Shown one piece after another: positions 43,348 through 60,113 of a stretch of 64,000 bases of DNA. Numbering within the stretch: position 1 is the first letter of the stretch; every line of letters begins with the position of its first letter. Source of the stretch: the human T2T-CHM13v2.0 reference genome, Homo sapiens. The notes beneath the pieces were generated by a model, which worked only from the letters and a program-made list of their open reading frames with translations, ran no database searches and was not told the DNA's origin. The stretch lies in NCBI RefSeq assembly GCF_009914755.1, contig NC_060927.1. The stretch is one strand, 5' to 3'. The position numbers and the translations under genes are program-made.

Positions 43348-45420
43348 CCTGGTATGGACGTGGGCATTGCACTTCTTCATCCAAATTATACTAATCATTT
43401 GATTTTTTTGACCTCCACTTAGGCTGTAAGTTCCAGACGAAGTTGCTACTGCTTTTGCACATCATTTGACCCCACCACATAGCGTGTACTCAATATTCGC
43501 TGATAGAATTATTATTGAGAGTAATGTTGTATACCTCTAATATGTAAAACATTACTTGTGCCCAAATATTAGCAAATAATAAAAATAAAAGGTAATGACA
43601 AAAATAGCCAATATTGTCTACTTCACAAATAACAGTAAAAAGCCAGTTATAATGATAATAATTTATTGTCAACCAAACTGGCTAAAGTTAAAGAACCAGA
43701 AAATGCAGGAAAATAGTCATGTCACACTCTACCAGTGAGAGTACAACCAACACAGTAATCTTTTTGGAGGCCAGTTTGACAATATTCATTAAAATTTTAT
43801 AAAACAAGTCACCACTGAGGCAACATTTCTATATTTAGAAATTTATTTTAAGGTAAATATGTAAGTGCACAAATAGCTAAGATGCCCATCATAATATCTT
43901 TTAAATACTGGGAATTAGAAATAAAATATCCATCGATAAATGTCTGATTAAATCATGCCATATAGAATACTCTACAAGAGTTACAAATGATTGTGTGTAT
44001 CTCTATTTAGATGGCCAGTTGCCCATTACAGAATCTCAGTGAAAATGCAAGTTAACTAATAGTATTTAGTGTTACCTCATTTTTTTGTGTGAGTATGTGT
44101 GTGTACATAACTATGGTTATTGAAAAACATGTACCAAAATGTTAACATGGATTTTCTCTATATGATGAGACTGAGGTATTTTCATTTTCTTCTTGGTAAC
44201 TTTTTGTTATAACCAAGTCTTTCAAAATAAGCATTCATTATTTTATCATACAGTTATTTCCATTATGAAGAACAAATTTTAAAAGAGTTATACTTCTGAT
44301 CTGGTGACTTTTCAACTTGGTACAGTATTATTTTAAATACTATGGCTTCCAAAGCAGACAAAGAAGAATTTCTATAGAATAATTAGTACTTTTCAGAGTT
44401 GACAAGTCAAAAAAAAAATTGCATGAAGTAGCAAGCATAAAGCACATAAAATAACACAGCCAATGAGAAATGAGGTGTATACTGAGATATAAACTACTAA
44501 GAAGACAGCAACCAAATAATGTCTTGAAAATGTCAATGAAATTGATGTGTAATAAAGAAATGTAGAAAAATACTTGAAGAAAATTTATTTAAAAGTTTAA
44601 TTATAATTAGAAGACATTGTTGATACTTTGAGATTAGAAATTACACTGTGTAATAAAAGTGTAATAGTCAGAAGAGTTTCTCCAATGGAAAAAAAATGAA
44701 ATAAAAATAGTAAAATTGGCAAGTAAGATACATGATTGAAATTTATTATCTAACATTTTATATTAAATGAAAAGCAATTGGAAGACACTACAAGATTCTG
44801 AGTAATAAAATTAATAAATTGAATACTTTTAAAACTTATGGTTTTCCTCAAGACATACTGGGAAACTTCAACATACTGTTCAGTCATCTGGATCATCAAT
44901 GTCTAGAATGTAGGAGCGAAATTATAAAAAAAAAAAAAAGAACAAAAAGTAGTTCAAAAAGAAACAAAAACAATGAGAACGCAAATCAATTCTCCTCCTG
45001 AAGTTCATAGTGGTCCTTAAAATTGTATTTTTAAGTCAAATATTCTAAAAAAAAAAATTCCTCTTTATCTCACAGACTCTCCCATTTTATGTGTTACAAT
45101 TACTGCTCAAAAAAGCAATAGTTGTCCTGGCAAAAATTTCTACTAGAAGAAGAACTGAAAGAATCCAATTATCCATTCATTTGACAGTCTGAATTTACAC
45201 AGAAAACAAATGCAAATCCCCCTAGTGCCCAATTCAGGGCCTATAAATATTAAACCACTCACCAATGATCACACAGTGCATACTCCTTTGAGGAGTTATA
45301 GCAAACTGCTGTCCCAGTGTTTATAGATTTTGAATATCACATTTATATTCACAGAGAATGGAGGTAAATAAACTAAAGTCAGCTTTATTTTAAAACATTC
45401 ATGGTATAAAAAACCATACG

Positions 45421-45904
<484 letters not shown>

Positions 45905-46289
45905 CTAATTAAAAGGATACATAGGCATGCTTTATTAAATTTTCTGTATTTACCCACAAAAATTGTTTTAATAAAAAAATTCTGTGTTTTAAAATACAGG
46001 TAGAACTAATTATTAGTCATCACAAATCAGACTTTTTAAACTTAGAATATTTTTAAGTTGTGCTTATTTATATGCTTTACTCTGTTATTTAAAACTCTAT
46101 TGGCAATTATAAATGGTCTCTTCAGAAATCATGAAGATGACAGCCTACAGAACTAATGACTTATCATTATGCTGTTCACCAGTGTTCTCTCTGTAAAGGT
46201 GCAATTGCCTTGTATCCATTCTCCCTACGCCTCCAATCTCCTACTCCCCGCAACCTTCTCATATCAAAAAAACAGGGTTTTTTTTTAAT

Positions 46290-46852
46290 GTAAATCTGAT
46301 CAGACATTCCCCTGCTCAAAACTCTCTGTTGACTGTCTATGAAACCCCAAGTTCCTACCAGGACCTACACCGCCCTACACAACCTTGTATTTCCTTGCCT
46401 TTTACTTTACCTCCTTCCATTCTCCTTTCATTCACCCTGTACCAGCTAGTCTCACATTCTTGCAGTTCTGAGAACCCATCAAGCACATTGCCTCTTCAGG
46501 GCCTTGTATTAGCTATACCCAATGCCTGGAATGAGCCTTCTCCATATCTTTACATAGCCATTCCCTCATTTTGTTGACTCAATGAAATGCTCAAATATCA
46601 CCTACTCAGAGAGTTCCTCACTACCAATTCTAAAACTAATAGGCCCCCTTTCCCCCATTTAATAATTCCTTAACTGTTTTATTCTTCCTCCCATTACTTA
46701 CTCCCATGTGACTTTATTCTATATGTTTATTTATTGCCTGTCCTTCCCCATTAGTATATAATGAAGTTGTGGATTTTGTCTTTTTTCTTAGTGCCAAGAC
46801 CTGTGCCTGGCACAAAGTAGGTGTTCATTAAAAGTCAGTGGAATGAATGAAG
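46290..46852 (+). mobile_element. L2 3' end
   Basis: aaatctgatca...gtgcctggcacaaagtaggtgttcattaaa...gaatgaatgaa. Confidence 0.8.
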
Positions 46853-48399
46853 AAGTTCATCGATGCATGTAATACAATGCATGCTCCTCAGATTAATGAT
46901 GGTTGTGGAGAGATGAATTCAGTACAAAATATAAATCCAGTCCAAGCACACAAGAAAATGAAGGAAGTATTTGGAAGCTATGCAGTGAATCAGAGAGAAC
47001 AGCCACATTAGGAAACCCAAGCAAAGTAAAACCCACACCAATGGCTGAATTATCAAATGTGGATTACCTACACTGGTCAAATTGCTAAATATCCATGTGT
47101 ATCTTTTAAGACATGAGAGTATAAATCTCTATGTTCAGCCCGCAATTGAAAAATAAACAGGCAGCTTGTTAGAGTACAATTCAGGGTATATTGTTAAAGA
47201 CGTATATAAGAAATTTTAAATACGAGCAAAAAGTATCTGAGGACCTGTCAGACACTAGACACCATGCTAACCGTTGGCCACAGAAACACAGGTTAATAAG
47301 TCCACAACAGAAAAAGGTGCAAGAAGCAGGTAAAACTCAGGGGAAATGATGTCTGAATTGGATTTTGAAAGATAAAACAAGAATTCCATAAGCAAAAAGT
47401 GCCAAAGGCAGCATTCCAGAGAAAGGAAATGATACGTATGCTAGGACATGGGAGTCAAACAGCATTGGTGGCATGGAACTATAAGCAGTTTGCATTGATG
47501 TAGCAAAAAGTAAAGAATGAGAAAATATAAAGGGTAGAAAGGAAGCAGGGGAAGAATATCAAGGGCTCTGCCTGCTGCACAGAGGAGCTTAAACCCATTG
47601 GACATGTAAAACCATTGTAAAGTCCCATATACCAGTGTGGCAAAGAGAGGGAAATTATAAAATAGTGTGTTTGGCTGCAAGGAAACCAATTAAAATGTTA
47701 CAGACATTTGCCCACATTGACCAACATTACAAATGCATAATTTTTTATCTAGGAGTTTCAGGATTTTATCATACTGATATACTTACATTTGTGCAAAACC
47801 ACATTATTCAAAATTATACTTTATATTTTAGCATATACTGGCAAAAGACTGAAATAGCATAAATGCTGATCAGTGGAAGATAGATTTTTAAAAGTCTTTT
47901 CACATCCAATAAATGGAGTATTTTACAGCCACTACATAGAATGAGAAGGTTGTAGGATGTACTTATGTGAATATAAAAACTACAAAGTTAAGTGAAAAAA
48001 AATGCAGAGCAAACATGTTTGTAGAGAAAACATATTAACGTTTGTGTAAAAAATACATACAAAACCAGAAGGGTTGCCTGACTCCTAGAAGAGAATGAAA
48101 TGCACTTTCCATTTATAAACCTTTTTTTAAAGAAGAAATTTCAGTATCTAAAAGAGCAATAAGGATAGAATAAATGACCAAACATTCAAGAGTTTTTAGC
48201 TGGGAGCCTATATGGGACATGATAACTATTGTGGACTGAATTGCATCACCGTGCACAAATTCATATGTTGAAGCCCTAACCCCCAATGTGACTACATTTT
48301 GAGATAGGGCCTATAAGGAGGTAATTGAGGTTAAATGAGATTATGAAGTTGAGGCCTTAATCTAATAGGATTGGTATCCTGTTAAGAAGAGGGAGATAG

Positions 48400-48543
48400 T
48401 TGGACGTGGTGGTATGCACTTGTGGTCCCAGTTACACAGGAGGCTGTGGTGGAAGGAATGTTTGAGCATGGGAGGAGGTTGCAGTGAGCTGAGTTCACAC
48501 CACTGCATTCTAGTCTGTGCAACAGAGCAAGACTCTGTCTCAC
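48400..48543 (+). mobile_element. Alu right-arm / FRAM-like monomer
   Basis: gtggtggtatgcacttgtggtcccag...gcaacagagcaagactctgtctc. Confidence 0.8.
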
Positions 48544-48545
48544 AT

Positions 48546-48741
<196 letters not shown>

Positions 48742-48751
48742 GCATCATATA

Positions 48752-48771
48752 TCTCTTCTCTCTCCTCTCTT

Positions 48772-48823
<52 letters not shown>
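48752..48823. repeat. (CT)n microsatellite
   Basis: Read directly. Confidence 0.95.
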
Positions 48824-48825
<2 letters not shown>

Positions 48826-50126
48826 CCACTCCCCTTCTGTATGCATGTGCATACAGAAGAAAGGCCACATAAGAACACAGCAAGAAGGCAGCCATCTAAA
48901 AGCCAGGAAGTAAAGCCTCACCAGGAACCAATACTGCCAGCACCTTTATCTGGGACTTCTAGACTACAGAACAGTAGAAAATAAATTTCTCTTGTTTAAA
49001 CCGCTCAGTTGGAGGTATTTTGTTATGGCAGCCTGAGAAGGCTAATAAAGTAACCAACTGAATGTGCAGAGGAGGAAGTGAAAATACTACAGAAAATAAC
49101 TGCCTTTGTTGGCTTGGAAAGCTAGGTAGGGCGCCTCCAACAATAACATTTATAGGTTTTGGAAAAGACAGGATAAATTTAGTTTAAAGATAGAGTCTTA
49201 GGAGTATTTGTGAGAAGGTACTTATTGGTATCCAGTAAGCAGTATGTCAGTGTATGTATGTATACATGCTACACTAATGAACAAGCATTGAAAACTCAGT
49301 GGCTTAATACAAAATGATTTCAACATGCAGCAATTTCAGCAGCCCTCCAGGGAAGCTTCCTTCCAAGCAATGAATCAGAGATGTCAGACATTTTCATATT
49401 GGAGTTATGCCATTGGAATACCTGGCTTCCACATAGCTGTGGCAGGGTAGAAAAAGCTGGAGGGTTGTACATTAGCTCTTAAACGTTTCAGCTCAAAACT
49501 GTCATATATCACGTCCACTCAGAGTCCAATATGACCTTGCCCAATGCTAAAAGAAATTTGAAGACGCACATAGAAATTCAATGCTGTACATTCATTACCC
49601 TGTAAGCACATGATATCCCTGTAAGATGATGTGTTTTAATATCCCCACTTTCCAAAGGAGAAAACAGAAGAGCAAAAAAGCTAAGTAACTTGCCCAATAT
49701 TACAATGCTATAAGAAAAACAGCATCACTATTTCAAACCCAGGTTTCGGCTTATAAGATGTAAGCTCTTTCGTGAACTGTACCTCTTTCCAAGGATGTGC
49801 CATTGGCTTTGATCCATTAAAAAGGCCATAAGAGAAGCATCAGGCATTGGTACCATTTGGCTCTTCTAGCCATTAAATTAAAAATAAGACTCTTGAGCCC
49901 TAACCCAGATGTAAATATTTTTAAAAATCCAAATTTGGTGGCAGACCCAGGAATGCAAGTTTTTAACAATCTCCAATTCTTATGATGCTTATTACAGTTG
50001 GAGGAGCACTGCTCTTTGGCACAGAGGAACACTAAGCCTATGAAGCGGTTATCTCTTCATTGTGTACTCTGTCGTATATAGCAGTGACTCCCAACAAGAA
50101 CACTCACCAGAATCACTGAGGAGTTA

Positions 50127-50162
<36 letters not shown>

Positions 50163-50919
50163 CACGTCTGAACCCCACCCACGGAGATGCTGAACTCAAT
50201 CATATGTATTTCTTTAATGTTTCTCTAGTTGATTTTAATATACACTCCTGGATGAAATCATTGAATTAATGGTTTTTAAGTTAAGACAATGAGGCAGACA
50301 ATGTATACAGCATGCATAGTTACCTATGAAGACCAGAAGAAACATCTAGTGTAAAGATTAATAAATAACACAGAGGAGCCTACTCTATCACTTTCTAGTA
50401 AGGCTAGTTACTGAATCTCTCATCTTTCTCATCTGTTAAATTGGGGTAATAAAAGCACAAACCTTACATGGTTATTGAGATTATTGGATAAGGCAAGTAA
50501 AGCATTAAGCACAATGCCTAGCATAAGGTGTTCAATAAAAGTTAGTTGCTGATTTATTTTTGACAGGATTAATTAGATGAAAAGGGAGGCACGAAGAAGA
50601 AACTTTTAAAACCACAGTCTCTGCAAAATAGTTAAATGCAGGAAATTTGGAGTCAGAAGGTCTGAGCTGAAATCTAAGTTCCATTATCAATTCTACCTTT
50701 GGCAATTTATAAAAACTATTCCCTGCCACTATTCTCTCATTTGAAAAAGAGGAATAATTAAGAAAAGACAAAAGGAGATAATGTGTAAAATATTTAGGGC
50801 AGTGTCTGGTCTTCAATACATTATTATTATAATTAGGAGGCAGTGATTCTTCACAAAACATCCTTGACAGGTCTATTAGAAAGCAAAATCCACACAAATA
50901 TGCTGACACTCCTGAAAAA

Positions 50920-51280
50920 TTCAAGCACACTCCCTCTGCTGAAAATAGGTCCTACTAGCATAGAACACATTTTCTTTTATGTCTATGAGCATGGGTTTGG
51001 AACGCAACAGATTTAACTTCAACCCAGACTTGGTCAAAATATAACAAGCAGAATGACTTCAGCTAAGTTACAGTTTTTGAACTGCAGGGAAAAGGTGACT
51101 GGCATCTAAAAGAATGAGGATTATAACATAGATCAAAATTTGAAGTTCATTTCTTGCTAAAGAATCAATATGTCTATTATAAATATATAGACATGAGTTG
51201 ATAAAAGCTTATCTAGCATGTTGTCAGATCAGCAGTCAATCTAAATAACTGCCAGAATTTGGTATAAATCTGGTTTTATA
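50920..51280 (+). repeat. Local direct duplication, copy 1
   Basis: Colinear with 54797-55467. Confidence 0.92.
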
Positions 51281-51685
51281 TAACTGTGCAATTGCCTGTC
51301 ACTTAAAACTCTGGGCAAGGTTTTGTATTTTTAGCTTCTCTGAATGAAGTCCTGACTAATATAAAATTGTTATATTGCATTGTGGTTTTTAAAAAAATGT
51401 TTTCCCCAAATACTCATCCAATTCCTGACATGGATGAAAATGTCCAGAAAGACATATGGTCAAAAGATCATTCACCAAAAAGAGTAGTGTTCAGTGGAAT
51501 CAAAGCAGGCTTCTTGAAAATATTTTTATAGTCAAGATGTATTTGGTTAATGAAGAACAAATCCATATGAAATAAAAATGTGATGAAATTATTGGTGAAA
51601 TTCTATAGCTCAAGTTAAGTACATGAATGGCACCTGCCATAGTTACATATGTCAGAAAATGTCTACTATATTTTCCTCAGTTTAC

Positions 51686-51844
51686 CTCAGAGCTGCTCCT
51701 CTGGAGAAGTACAGATTTGGGTTTATGTTGAATTTTACTGGTTTCCTTTGTAGAATTATTCTCCTCTTTGGGTTCATCTGGATTAACATCCTTTATGAAC
51801 TGATGGGCAACATCCAATACATTGAATAATATTTGAGATTTTGC
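51686..51844 (-). CDS. ZBBX: ZBBX coding exon, 159 nt, phase 0-0 ([53 protein letters not shown])
   Basis: Acceptor ttttttaatag|GCAAAA, donor TCTGAG|gtaaac; open frame. Confidence 0.93.
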
Positions 51845-52126
51845 CTATTAAAAAAGTAACAATATAATTAAAGCGCCTCATATGTTAACCTAAATAATTT
51901 ATATACATTAACTCATATTTGTGTTATTCTATGACTCCCAGAATTAAATAAATTCAATTTAATATTTAAAAAGACAAATTGGCATTTGTATCAACAAGTA
52001 TAATAGTGACAGCTGCCATCTACTGAGGGAACTAGTTTGGCCTCATACAATTCAAACCATCTTAAAAACAATATATCACTTAATCATCAAGGCAATTCTA
52101 AAACATAAATATTTTTATCTGTTTTA

Positions 52127-52459
<333 letters not shown>

Positions 52460-54796
52460 CTAAAGCTCGGAGAGTTTAAACAACTTGCCCTTGGTCACAG
52501 TGCTGAGTGGGTGCCAGAGTTAGGAAGTGACCTCAGGTGTGTATAAGTCTAATGACTCATAAACTTTCCACTATGCACACCCCCAAATAGATAGATGCGA
52601 TATTTTGTGCACATCATAAATAAAGAACTAAATATAGCTAATCTAGTAGGAGACTGAATAAGCAGTAATGACTACTCCATGGTGATAAAACGTCTTTAGA
52701 AAGCCTTCACTATCCAAAGGGGTACATCAGGAAGCACTTCTCTCTGTAGTTCCTTAATAAACTCCAAGTCATTTCTCATTTTGTTCCTTGCTCATGAGGC
52801 TCACTTACTAGGGAGGCTTTCTCTCCTCTACCATCATCTTTACCTGGCAGGCTTTTGCTTCTCCTCTGCATTCACGCCATTACTCCAACAAGTCTAGGAA
52901 CCCTTCCTTGCACACTGCACTACCCCAACTGTACACGGTATTTACCCTCTTTACCCTCTTAATATCCTGCGTAGATCTCTACCAGCCCTAACTATATTGA
53001 TTTCACATTTCCTCATATCACATAAGCTCACAAAAGGAAAAAACATATATATTTTAATGATTTTATGGCTACTACAGTTTCTGGAAAAATAGCATACGGT
53101 AAAAATAAGGTGTCAGGGAAGGAAAAGAGCTACAGAATTAAAATAAGTAATTTAGAAAAGGGATTTAAAGAAAAACTTTTCACATGCTGTCAGAGTGACT
53201 GACAAAGAACTGGCAAATTTGGGGAAGGCCCCATTCTCTGAAGGGTTTTCTATCAGAAACTACCAGAGTCTGCCTAGGGACTGCAGGATTTAGGATCCTA
53301 TCTGAGTTTGAATTAAACTCCAGGGGTAAGATTCAGAATCGTCAGATGCTCTGTGAGAACTTGGCATGAGGAAGACAGGAAGTAGCTCTTATTTCTTAGC
53401 AAATATCCTCCAAACAAGAAAAATTTAGCAGGGATCAGATAAAATTATTTTGTACTCTGCCATGAAAATGCTCCTATTTTTAAATTTTCATCTAGTTGCC
53501 AATTTAGATAGCTAACATTACATTGAAACTTTTTCAGTTATGACATTTGTAAATCTATTAAGATTCATTGCAGTCTGATTCTGGAATATATCAGTGAACA
53601 TCAAATTAACTAGTGTTATTTCATACTGAATTAATAAAATACCTATGAAAAATGACGAACGTGACCTATGCATATATATTGCTGTCTGTATGCAAATCTG
53701 TGGAATCTGCTCCAAATTTTCCCAATGATTCTCAGAAAACCTATATAGGCCTATATAGTCCTTTTATTTTTAAAAGAAATTCAAGCCAATGGTAATGCTT
53801 CACTCTTTCAGAAACATCTGTAGTTTTACCAACATTTTTAAAACAGAATAATCCAACCTAAGCCTCATTTAAAATGTCCTAGAATAAAGGTCTGTAGATT
53901 TCAGAGGCAGTTAGTTCCATGTTTGGTTTTCATTTTATTTTTTTTAAAATATCAAAAGCTATAGGATTAATTTTATATAAAATTATCATTCAAATATATG
54001 TTTATTTAAGTAACACAAAACAAAGATTATTTCTGTCCTAAAATGAATCCTGCTATCAATGTTATAATAATTGTTATAACATTTTTAGGTAGCATATTAA
54101 GAGAATCAGAAATAGTGAAAAACCCACATTTTTTATGCTAAAAAATAAGATAAACATCATAGGTAACTGATAAAATAGAATTCCATATTTGACTATCTTA
54201 AAGTTCTGCTACTTTAGTACATAAATGAAATCAATACAATGCAAATAAATGGAAATGTTCTTTTCTAGAACATCATACTCTTAAACATTACTTTTCTCCA
54301 TTGTAAGGCTGTGTATGTATACCTTACTTTTCTTAATCTTAGAACAATCATACAAAGAAAGAGAGCAGATATTATGATTCCCATTACATAGACAAGGAAT
54401 TTCAAGTTCAGAAAGCTTAGGCCAAAGTCAAATGGCTACAAAATGTCGTGACTTGAAATAGAGTCAAATTATCTATTCTAGCTTAATTAACCTTTTTCCC
54501 TACTAGATTTATGTTAGTCTTTGTGATACAGAAAATGTGTTTTACCTTTGATTTCCCGAAACTGAAAATATTAAATTTTGTCTCTAACAGATTTGAACAT
54601 TGTTCTTTGCTTTAAAAACTCACAAAACTTTAATTCTGTATTCAATTGCATATGCAAGGATTAAGGGGTTTAGTTTTGTTTGTTTCTTTGCTTTTAACTT
54701 ATTTTTGCCTGTTTATTTTTATATTTGACCAAGTATATAGAAATAAATCATAGTCATACCATATAAAAAATTTAAGGAATGGAGGTTCCTCCTATT

Positions 54797-55467
<671 letters not shown>

Positions 55468-57511
55468 GCAAAATAGTACTCCCCAGAGTAACTACTGTTA
55501 ACAGTTTTTATCCTATAACCTTTGTCTTTTCTTAAATGGGCATATCGTATAATCTTTGTCTTTTCTTAAAAGAGCATATCTAGATTTACAAAAGAAAACA
55601 CACTGCCTTTCACTTAATAATATAACAATAATCATTTTGAGTAACAACAATGAATAAGAATATGAAGGTTATTTTTAGAAAATATTTAAAATAGATAACT
55701 ATACATATTAAGTATCATAACACTGTACCATATATTAATAAAATATTTTCAAATGTTAAAACTCAACCTAAAGATAGTTTTATTTCCATTTTCTAAGTAT
55801 AAAAATTTAAATGTGAAGTATTAATAGGTAACAGTAGGAGCAGGAGGAGACTGAAAATGTATAAAATTACCTGTGCAACTGCTCTACATGCTAAAAATGT
55901 TTTAAAATCAAACCAAAACAGCCTTCAAGGCACATAGTAAATCATATATCTCACTCTAGGATAGAAACTAAACTAGAGCCAAAAGATGTGATTTACTGCC
56001 AGCATTTCCAGATTCCCCCACATCCTTCACTACACTGTATAATGGTAGGATTTCATCTGGTAACTGTTCTAAATTCTCACCTAAACTTTTTTTCTGCCTA
56101 GAATGATATTATCTTTCAAATTACACTCTAGAAGAATTCATCACTCTGACAATGTATCATTAATCAATGTAAAGAGGGTTGATATTTTATAGCATTTTGG
56201 AATGGATGGCACCTTGTAGAAGTTAAAGCCCAAGAATAAAAGTTTTAGTTTAGTTAGAAAAATGATATACTTTATGGTATAGTCAGTGCTTCAAAATTCT
56301 AACTACCATCATCATCCAAAACTCTGGCTATCCAGCAATAAATATTAATAATCATGTTGACATAGCCATATCTCCTTAAGTGATCCAGAAGTTCCAGATC
56401 AAAAAAAAAAAAAGTTCACACATAGTTTAGACCTGTATTACTTTGCAAGTTTGAGGGGGAAAGGAATGAGAATGTCTCCTTTCCTAGTGTTAACTTGCAT
56501 TGATTTTTCAGTCACAAAATTTTAGAAGAGATTTATTGTAACCACAGCCTTGAATTAAAAACTGAAAACTCTAAACTCTGCAGAAGAGTTCTGTTATTTT
56601 ATTTGAGTTTGTTAGACAAAGTGATATAGAGGTAGAGAGAGAGATACACACATATACACACAGAGAGAAAAAATTGTGTTATAGCAGAACTCAAGTAACA
56701 TAAACTTATTGGTTGCAGTGATTGTTCGATATGATTGGAACTTGGAAGGCTTTATTTACAAAATCATTTCAGGATGATCAAGTTATGGACTAATGGGAAT
56801 TTTAAAATTGTTATATATATTCTATAAATCTTTTTTTGGCCTGGCTTTTGAGAAAACACTTCCTTCTCATATCAAGAATATTTCAAAGTACAATCTGTTC
56901 TGATTTCTTTGATGTGAATTACCTCATATGCAGTCGGTAAATAGGGCAATGATGTCTGTATTAACTCCAGAGTGTTATTGATTCTTAAGGTTTTTTTCCC
57001 AACGTGTTATTGTTTTGAAGCAATCAGGGGCAAGCTTTCTTACAACTAAAGCCAAAATCTTAACAACATATGAAAACCATAAGAAAAAAACCTGAAAAAT
57101 ATATAAAAATGCCTCCCCTTAGCTTAAGTTCTGACTGTTTTAGGGACTTCAACAACCCTGCATTTCACTAAGTTAAGCCATCTAGAAAAACTATGAGCAC
57201 AAAGAAGCTGTAAAGACACCTCCTCTGACTTTAAAGCAACAGATAAATAAAGGAGGCTATATCTTGATTTAGATTTTTCATTTTGGTAAAAATAATCTCT
57301 CTTAGAAGTGAATTACTACTGGGAACTACATCACCAAGAAGTAAGAACAAGTCCTCAAGAAGTATGCATTAGTGTTTTAACTAGGATTTGTTAACTGTTT
57401 TTGTTTGGGTTTTGGTTACAAAGCACCATAGGATTTGAGTGGCCTTCTCCTAGCCCTAATCTTCCCTCAAGCCCTGTTAATTAGGTGGGCAATTTTCCAA
57501 ATGAGAAATGG

Positions 57512-57832
57512 TTTGTTTGTTTTGTTTTTATTTTAAGTTCCAGGATACATGTGCAGAATGTACAGGTTTGTTACATAGGTGTACGTGTGCCATGGTGGTT
57601 TGCTGCACCTCTCAACCCATCATCTAGGTTTTAAGCCCTGCATGCATTAGGTATTTGTCCTAATGTTCTCCCTCTCCTTGCCTCTCACGCGTCGAAAGGC
57701 TCCGGTGTGTGTTGTTTCATTCCCTGTGTCCATGTGTTCTCATTGTTCAACTCCCACTTATGAGTGAGAGTTGATTGGTTTTCTGTTCCTGTGTTAGTTT
57801 GCTGAGAATGATGGTTTCCGGCTTCTTCCATC
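57512..57832 (-). mobile_element. L1PA 3'UTR fragment
   Basis: ttttaagttccaggatacatgtgcag...cattgttcaactcccacttatgagtgag. Confidence 0.88.
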
Positions 57833-59633
57833 AAGAATCATATACCGTGTTGTGGCAGCAACACATGTATACTGAAGAATTATGCTTTAATTTATGGTAA
57901 AACAAACTCTTTTATTAGAAGTCATCAAAACATTTGCTAAAGTTTATTTATCCAAAGAAACCTGTACAGATTATTTTGCCAGGATATTTCTATTTACACA
58001 TTACATGGAATACATTGCACTATGAGTATGAGGATCCTATTATCTAAAATTGATAATAACAAATTAGACTAAATCTCTCTAAGTTTGGAGCTATAAGGAA
58101 ATTACTACACCAAGTAGATAAATTATTCATATTATCATAGACCTAACTACATCAAGCAGGTACTAGTTACACCAAGCAAATAAATTCCTCAAAGTATCAT
58201 AGACCTATGGCAGGATGCAATAAACCCATCAAATTTCCACTTAGTAAAAATATCTTTGCAAAATAAAAGTAATTTTCATATAAAAAATACATAATTTTGA
58301 ACATCTTAATCCATTAAACAAGAATGAAAAAGGTGAGCATTATCTCTCAATTTTTTTACATTATTAAAATATGTTTTATATTCTTAAAGCAAACTATTAT
58401 TTTACCTTTCTTATGGGTCCTTCTTTATAGATAGTCTTAGACCAAATTTATTCCCTGAAAATAGGCTTTATCATAGTCAAGTCTGAATTCTCGCTGAAAA
58501 TTAAAGGAAGCTATCCATAAATGATTGGATCAAAGTTTTCATCTACTGTTAGAATCAAAAGAAAGGGTTGGGGGGTGCAGGGGAGTAAACTTTGGGCCAA
58601 CTGGAAAAGGTAGAGAAGCAAAGGGAAGAAATTTGTATATAGAAGACAACTGGAAAAGAAAAAAAAATTTGAGGAAAAGCCCCCATCTAAATACATAGAG
58701 AAACAGGAGGAAAATAAATATTTATTAGATGAAATAAAATTGCAATGGAAGAACTAACAGCAGAATCATGTTCTTAAATCCTGTTCTGCTCATCATATTT
58801 CTAAAAACAGATATGGTATTTGCAAGAGTAGTGGTACAGAAATATCAAGGGTATAAAAAACTACTTATTGCAAGCTAGATAGAAATCAAATCCTGCAAAT
58901 GTGAAATTCATGTGGCTGAAATTTATTGCTTATTCCAACATCATGTAAGTATTACTTTAAGTAGTTCTTAAAAGACTGTTAGATTAACCTTTCCTCTAAA
59001 GGTCTGATTTCTATCTGGTTTTATTAATTAAAGATTTATGTATTATTATTCCTCCTTGACCCATAGAGTGGCAAAAAAAGCAAAGACCTGGACACATGCT
59101 CCTGCTTATGAATGCACCTTATTATTTAATAGATAGATTAAATAAAACTGGACTCAATATATAGTACTTTATAAAATAACATGAAATCTGGACTCAGTTT
59201 GGACTCAATATTTAGTACTTTATAAAATAACACGAAAATAATGAAATAAAACACATCAAATCCAGTTAAAATATTTTAAAATAAGACAACATATAAATGG
59301 AATAGCTGAAAAAGTAACATATTGTCAAAAAAGTTTAAAGCACCTGGTCTCAGGAAACATAACAACATTGGATTTTGGTTAAATAACTGTGCCTTTCAAT
59401 TTTCATTACACTACAAAATTCTACTTAGAAAGCAATCTCAAAAGTGAGACAGAATAGCAAAAACAAAATAACATAAGAAACTCACACCTGTAATTTTGCT
59501 TTCTATTTGCAGTTTTGATGCCATATAATTATGCACTATATTAATTATCTTAGCAAGTACTTGCAATTTTTTTCAACTAATATTACAAGTATGTTGCATC
59601 CAGATGAGTTAACTGCTTTCAGCAATTGTTCAT

Positions 59634-60113
59634 ATTTGAGCTACACAAGGAAGAAATTGTATATGCAATGAAATGAATAACATTTTTAGGCATAACAGAA
59701 TAAACTTACTAACAAATAGCAACAAAATTTGTCATATTTGGTTTTTAAATATAGTATTGCTGTTACATCACAATTAGATAATTCGTATCCCATAAAGACC
59801 AATGAACATAACGTATATTACAGCAAGCAAAACTACTGTAAAATTTGTCAGATTCCATGAAAAAAATCATGAGCTCATTTGAGCTACATAAGGAAGAAAT
59901 TTCATATGAAATGAAATGAATAACATCTTTAGGTATAGAAGAATAAACTTACTAACAAGTAGCAATCAATAATTTGTTACATTTGGTTTTTAAATATAGT
60001 ATTGCTGTTATATGACAATTAGATAATTGGTATCCCATAAAGACCAATGAACATAACATATAGCAAACAAACTACTGTAAAAATTTGTCAGGTTCCATGA
60101 AAGAAATCATGAG
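59634..60113 (+). repeat. Tandem duplication, 2 copies, 243-bp period
   Basis: atttgagctaca at 59634 and 59877; colinear to aaatcatgag. Confidence 0.93.

Noticed and set aside
58100-60113. Repeat-spacer-like pattern resembling a CRISPR array
   Set aside because: Only two diverged copies per unit, no regular unique spacers, no cas genes, and a mammalian context
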